DNA from: Vicinamibacteria bacterium
Lineage (GTDB): Bacteria; Acidobacteriota; Vicinamibacteria; Marinacidobacterales; Marinacidobacteraceae
DNA: 64,000 nt
NCBI GenBank assembly: GCA_963668695.2
Contig: CAXXLQ010000004.1
Location: forward strand, 3,456,001 to 3,520,000
Direction of reading: 5' to 3'
Part shown: piece by piece, positions 59,660-64,000 of the stretch
How positions within the stretch are numbered: the first letter of the stretch is position 1
How the letters are laid out: each line of letters starts with the position of its first letter
The notes under the pieces: model-generated
The model's database searches: none
Told to the model about the DNA's origin: nothing
The model's input: the letters and a program-made list of their open reading frames with translations, nothing else
Position numbers and translations under genes: made by a program

Positions 59660-60669
59660 GGTGGCTCCCCTTCAGTCGACTGTCCCTGAGCTTCCGCCCT
59701 GAGGGATTCGAAGGCCTCGTCCAAATCGCGCGCCGGACCGAGCCAGAACTGCCACTCGGGCTCCCAGCCCACCGCGCGGCGGTCGAGAAGGGTTTTCGCG
59801 GCCTCCGCAGCACCGACATGGTCGCGAAGCGCCATGCGCGCGGCAATGAGGCCGGAGGCCGCCGCCGGCGAGGTGCGGGCGCGCCGCAGCGCGCCGACGA
59901 ACTCGTGTTCGGCGGCCACAAAGTCGCCGTTGTTCAGGGCAGTTTCGCCACGCACCAGATGCACCACGGCGCGAAGCAGCGGCCGCATGCGCGCCCCCTC
60001 CAGCCGCGCGAGCTCGGCCGCCGCTTCCTCCTCTCGACCGAGCCGCACGAGAATACTCGCCAGCCGAACCCGAAGTTCCGCGTCGTCTGGCGTCTCGCGC
60101 AGGACATCGCGAAGCACATCCCCGGCGCGCGCGGTCAGGCGTTCCTCCCCTCGCAGCCGCCCTCCCATATGGAGCACCCGGGCGAGAGCCACCTGCAGAT
60201 CACGATCACCCGGCAGTAGTCCGAGAGCTGAGTCCAGGAACCTTTCCGCGGCCAGCGGGTTGATCGCGTGATGGTAGGAGTAGGCAACGGCCAGCGACCA
60301 GCGGCGCAGCCAGCTCTCGCGGGAAGCTGGATCGGGGATCGCGAGGTTCAGTTTCGTCGCAAGCGCCAGATGCGCCTCCCCGCCGCTGCCGAGTCCGAGA
60401 GCCGCCTCGGTGTGGAGAAGCGCGGCGCGCTTGATTGCAGCGGCCGGCGGGGGTTCCCGGAGAAAATCCGCGACCACGAGTCCCAAAGACTCCGGGCGAT
60501 ACCGGGCGAGTTCCCGCCCCAGGGCCCCGAGCGGTCCACGCTGCGCCTCCTCGATCAACCCACGGTATTCCTCGAGGGTCAGATACCGCTGCGCGAAGGC
60601 GGGTACCGAGAGGAGGAAGCCGGCGCCGCAAAGAAGGAGACACCATCGCGTCCACTTGGTCCTGGCCAT
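59656..60669 (-). CDS. Secreted TPR-repeat protein
   Basis: Signal peptide; AALLHTE; PDDAELRVRLA; TTGA overlap with the VWA gene. Confidence 0.75.
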   Translation of the reverse strand: MARTKWTRWCLLLCGAGFLLSVPAFAQRYLTLEEYRGLIEEAQRGPLGALGRELARYRPESLGLVVADFLREPPPAAAIKRAALLHTEAALGLGSGGEAHLALATKLNLAIPDPASRESWLRRWSLAVAYSYHHAINPLAAERFLDSALGLLPGDRDLQVALARVLHMGGRLRGEERLTARAGDVLRDVLRETPDDAELRVRLASILVRLGREEEAAAELARLEGARMRPLLRAVVHLVRGETALNNGDFVAAEHEFVGALRRARTSPAAASGLIAARMALRDHVGAAEAAKTLLDRRAVGWEPEWQFWLGPARDLDEAFESLRAEAQGQSTEGEPP

Positions 60670-60824
60670 CCCGCACGCCTCCCGCACCGGCAACTAGATC
60701 CTAGCCATCCGGTTCCTGGCGGGCGTGCCCTAGCCGGCGCGCAGTTGGAGGAGCAGACGCGCGCCGCGACCCCGCGCCCGAACGTATCCCCGCAGAGTCA
60801 GCCGGACCGCGTCAGTTCGCGGGG

Positions 60825-61046
60825 TCAGTTCGCGGGGATCTTGTCGAGAATCTCGGCGTTCTCGGGAAAGCGGCCGGTGTCGTACTTGGAGTAGATCAGT
60901 TCGCTGTCCACCTTCACGTCGAAGATGCCCTTGCCGCCTTCGATGAGTTCGGGCTCGATGCCCCGAGCCTCCCGGATTGCCGCCGCCAGACTGGAGGCGC
61001 TAGGGAGGTAATTTCAAACGACGCAGTAGGTGATCGAGATCTTCAT
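60825..61046 (-). CDS. Rdx/SelW-family selenoprotein, 73 aa, CxxU
   Basis: MKISITYCVV-U(TGA at 61014-61016)-NYLPSASSLAAAI...GGKGIFDVKVD..LIYSKY.TGRFP; a hairpin follows the TGA. Confidence 0.9.
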
Positions 61047-61115
61047 GAGAGGCTCACAACTCCGCGGGAAAGGCGCCGGAACGCAACATCCGACAGGGTG
61101 GGGGGGAAGCGATGA

Positions 61116-61193
61116 TGGCGGGGCCGACGGGACTCGAACCCGCGACCTCCGGCGTGACAGGCCGGCGTTCTGGACCAACTGAACTACGACCCC
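61116..61193 (-). tRNA. tRNA-Asp (GTC)
   Basis: GGGGTCGTAGTTCAGTTGGTCCAGAACGCCGGCCTGTCACGCCGGAGGTCGCGGGTTCGAGTCCCGTCGGCCCCGCCA: cloverleaf, TTCGA loop, encoded CCA. Confidence 0.96.
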
Positions 61194-61216
61194 ATCTCTC
61201 GCAAGAGCGCGGATAT

Positions 61217-61885
61217 TAGCAGCCCGTAGACAGGGTGAGCCGGCATTAGACCGCGGATCCACTCCGGCTGACCGTTCCACTGGGCGTTGCGATCCGGTCG
61301 GAATACGCTCGGGATACCTCCCGAATCGCGCCTTGTCAGCCGGGCCCCCACCGGGAGAACTGGCCCCACCGGGAGAACTGGGCCTCCCCACTCTCGATGC
61401 TCGCCTCACTCTGCCCACGGGCCGTTAGCAGCCTGTGGTGAAACCCAGCCGGCCCAGTTCTCCCGGTGGGGGCTCGGCCGGCGATCCATCCCGGCCTGAA
61501 AAGTTCTCCCGGTGGGGGCTCGGCCGGCGATCCATCCCGGCTGAACCGCCGGTATCGTTGCGTTTCGGTCGAAACACCCGGGCCAGTTCTCCCGGTGGGG
61601 GCTCCTCCCTCACGCGCCTTGTCAGCCGGGCGTCTCGCCCCCACCGGGAGAACTGGCCGGCCTCGGCGCTCACCCGGGTTCCACCACAGGCTGTTCACCG
61701 CGTCGCTTCGCGCCGCTCATCGTTGCGTTTCGGTCGAAATACACCCGGGCCAGTTCTCCCGGTGGGGGCTCCTCCCTCACACGCCTTGTCAGCCGGACCC
61801 CCACCGGGAGAACTGGGCCTCGCCCCCACCGGGAGAACTGGCCAACCTCGGCGCTCGCTCGGGTTCCACCACGGGCCGTTAGCAG
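61217..61885. mobile_element. Nested cluster of MITE-like repeats (copy 5); nine 16-bp modules
   Basis: Ends at 61217, 61426, about 61695 and 61881; CCACGGGCCGTTAGCAG repeated at 61415 and 61869. Confidence 0.75.
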
Positions 61886-61977
61886 TCTCCCGCCCGCCCG
61901 GAACAGACCGCTTCCGCCTCCGGGGATCCCGTTCGCTCCGGGGCCAGGCTCTATGGTATTCTTACGGGTCGCGCGCC

Positions 61978-62256
61978 ATGCGGTTGACCAAGAGCCAGGT
62001 CCAATTCCTGGGCTACCGGATTACCGACGACCTGCAGGTCGCCGGCTATATCGATCCGGAAGATCCGAACGCCCTGATGGATACGATCGTGGAACTCATT
62101 ACCGAAGATCTGCACCACGAAGACGATCTCAACGAAGAGGTTCGCAAACTTCTCGACGGTTACGGCGAGGAGATCCGCACCGGCGGCGTCGAGTACCGAG
62201 AAATGTTCAAGCTGGTCAAGAAACGGCTCGCCCGCGAGCAGGGGATGATCCTCTAG
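61978..62256 (+). CDS. DUF507 family protein
   Basis: MRLTK...ITEDL..EDDLNEEVRKLL...VEYREMFKLVKKRLARE. Confidence 0.85.
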   Translation: MRLTKSQVQFLGYRITDDLQVAGYIDPEDPNALMDTIVELITEDLHHEDDLNEEVRKLLDGYGEEIRTGGVEYREMFKLVKKRLAREQGMIL

Positions 62257-62296
62257 GGATGCCGCGGACGCCCGCTGCCTTGCCGAAGACCCAGCC

Positions 62297-62602
62297 ATGC
62301 GCCTGACCAACGGAAAAATCAATCACCTCGCGAACCAGATCATGGATCTGCTCCGCGGCGATGAGTCGGTCGAGTTTTTTGCCGCGGACAACGAGATCCG
62401 CCGCATGATCATGCGGATCATCAACGCCGAACTCGAAGACGACGAGCGCATCGACCAGATCGTGCGCCGCAAGATCGATAGCCAGAGCCGGACCGTGCAG
62501 CAGGGCACCGAGACCTGGGACATCCTCTATCGCCGTTACTACGACGAGGAGATGATCAAGACCCGGCGGGTGATCCCCGGCCAGGAACGCGCTACGGAAT
62601 AA
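62297..62602 (+). CDS. DUF507 family protein (second paralog)
   Basis: MRLT..KINHLA...IDQIVRRKIDSQSR....GTETWDILYRRYYDEE. Confidence 0.85.
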   Translation: MRLTNGKINHLANQIMDLLRGDESVEFFAADNEIRRMIMRIINAELEDDERIDQIVRRKIDSQSRTVQQGTETWDILYRRYYDEEMIKTRRVIPGQERATE

Positions 62603-62606
62603 CGCT

Positions 62607-62732
62607 GGGAACGCCGGCCTTCAGGCCCCCACCGGGAGAACCGGCCGGCAGCGCGGCCCGCCGGCAGCGCGGCCCGCCGGCAAGGAACGCCGGTGTTCAC
62701 ACCGGCATCGCGGCCGCAGGCCGCGAAACGCG
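62607..62732 (+). repeat. Pair of REP-like elements, one filled with the 16-bp module and one empty
   Basis: GGGAACGCCGGCCTTCAGGCC[module]GCCGGC and GGAACGCCGGTGTTCACACCGGCATCGCGGCC. Confidence 0.75.
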
Positions 62733-62872
62733 CACCGCCAGGCCCTTCCGTCGCCCGTCAACGGGAGAGCTTCCGACGCTGACCGCAGCTCGCCACGGAG
62801 CAATATCCGGCGATTGACACAAATACGCTGACCAGTAGATATTGCCATTTATCCGTATGTCGGCTATTATCG

Positions 62873-62898
62873 CATTATCCGCTGCGCAGCGAATAATG
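62873..62898. promoter_or_regulatory. 26-bp near-perfect palindrome, probable AbiEi autorepression operator
   Basis: CATTATCCGCTGCGCAGCGAATAATG has one mismatched pair and lies just upstream of the start; TTGACA at 62814. Confidence 0.6.
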
Positions 62899-62903
62899 AC
62901 TTC

Positions 62904-63998
62904 ATGCCGATCACACCCACCACCTCAAAACCGGAACTGATAGACCAATTCCTGACGGCCCTCCACGCCGTACCGGGGGTGCACGCCAAGTGCCAAACGG
63001 ACGTACTCATCGCGCCAGGGCGACGATGTGACGCGTGGATCGATCTGTCGGCGGCGGACAAGGCGGCCAGCCTCATCGTTGAAGCAAAGAGGAACTTCTA
63101 CCCGCGCGACATCCGCCAGGTTCTCTGGCAACTCAGAGAGCTCGTCCACAGAGCGGGATCGAAGCTGAAGGCTCCGGAACCGGTACCGGTTGTGGTCGCC
63201 GAAGCGATTTCTCCGGGCGCAAAGGAGCTCTTGAGAAAGGAGCGCGTGGGCTACTACGACAGCGGAGGGAGCCTTTTCCTCCCGGCCCCGAACATCTACG
63301 TGTATGTGGACAAACCACCACCCAGAACGTTCGCGAGATCCATACGATCCCTGTTTTCTGGTCGGCGCGCTCAGGTGCTGCACGCGCTCCTCTTGCGGCA
63401 CGAGCACTGGTTCGGAGTCGGCGCGCTAGCCGAACTAGCCAGCGCATCACCAGCCACCGTTTCCGAGGTACTGATCGAACTGGAGCGATTCGACTGGATG
63501 GAGGCACGAGGTCGAGGTCCGAAGAAGGAACGCCGGTTAGCCAAACCCGATGTGCTGCTCGATGAATGGGCAAGGCATCTCGCCGTGACCCGGCGTCCGG
63601 CAATTCGGCGCTACTACGTTCCCCGGGTCGATGCTGCCGAACTCGTGGGAATGGCCGCCGCCGCCTTGGGCGCGCACGGCGTCGAGTACGCGATCACCGG
63701 CGAGGCCGCGGGTCAGCACTATGCGCCTTTCTTGTCGCACCTATCCCGGGTGCACTGCAGGGTCCCGATGGGTCCCGCTGTTGAAGATACCCTCGGCAAG
63801 TTGGGGGCGCGTGATGTGGACGAAGGAACCAACCTGGTCGTCATCGAATCCCGCTTGCCAGGCGAGTTGTCGTTCCGCGAGCTCGCGAACGGGATCTGGT
63901 TCGCCAGCCCGGTTCAGGTCTATCTCGACCTGTTGCGCACGGAAGGACGCGCCAAGGAACTGGCGCAGCACCTGCGCGCGGAAAGGATCGGTTTCTGA
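62904..63998 (+). CDS. Type IV TA system AbiEi-family antitoxin
   Basis: GYYDSGGSLFL, wHTH region, LLDEWA, YAITGEAA, ASPVQVYLDL...GRAKELAQHLR; TGATG coupling to a partner gene outside the window. Confidence 0.85.
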   Translation: MPITPTTSKPELIDQFLTALHAVPGVHAKCQTDVLIAPGRRCDAWIDLSAADKAASLIVEAKRNFYPRDIRQVLWQLRELVHRAGSKLKAPEPVPVVVAEAISPGAKELLRKERVGYYDSGGSLFLPAPNIYVYVDKPPPRTFARSIRSLFSGRRAQVLHALLLRHEHWFGVGALAELASASPATVSEVLIELERFDWMEARGRGPKKERRLAKPDVLLDEWARHLAVTRRPAIRRYYVPRVDAAELVGMAAAALGAHGVEYAITGEAAGQHYAPFLSHLSRVHCRVPMGPAVEDTLGKLGARDVDEGTNLVVIESRLPGELSFRELANGIWFASPVQVYLDLLRTEGRAKELAQHLRAERIGF

Positions 63999-64000
63999 TG

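Noticed and set aside
61116-61193. tRNA-Asp as an island attachment site
   Set aside because: I found no duplicate of its 3' end and no intact integrase in the window.
61217-61885. CRISPR array formed by the 16-bp module
   Set aside because: Copies occur in both orientations at irregular spacing, and the intervening sequences are themselves repeats.

Overview
High-GC bacterial chromosomal segment; by eye the GC content is roughly 65-70%. The VWA/TPR pair, DUF507 pair and DUF5916 suggest Acidobacteriota, which is inference. Housekeeping and metabolic genes include ddl, panE, ilvD, groES-groEL, mmsA, sseA, S9 peptidases, amidohydrolases and tRNA-Asp. They are interleaved with many toxin-antitoxin modules and a defence-like block containing an MmeI-like restriction-modification gene and a TM0106-type nuclease. 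The most unusual signals are mostly non-coding. (1) A 16-bp module, CCCACCGGGAGAACTG, occurs 22 times, only inside two different intergenic repeat families; empty and filled versions of the same site coexist, and several insertions have a 3-bp GCC/GGC duplication. (2) Helically phased GACCATGG (13 exact copies) and GCCGG (7 copies) arrays lie beside a predicted membrane-associated winged-helix protein. Also found: a CxxU Rdx/SelW selenoprotein missed by the ORF track, a RelE with a CTG start between a partial gene duplication, a lipoprotein gene split by a 1408-bp insert that rejoins in frame, an orphan ParM-like actin, and an S24 repressor with a substituted catalytic dyad. Most frameshifts sit in short homopolymers and may be sequencing errors. 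All product calls come from motif recognition by eye; no database searches were run.
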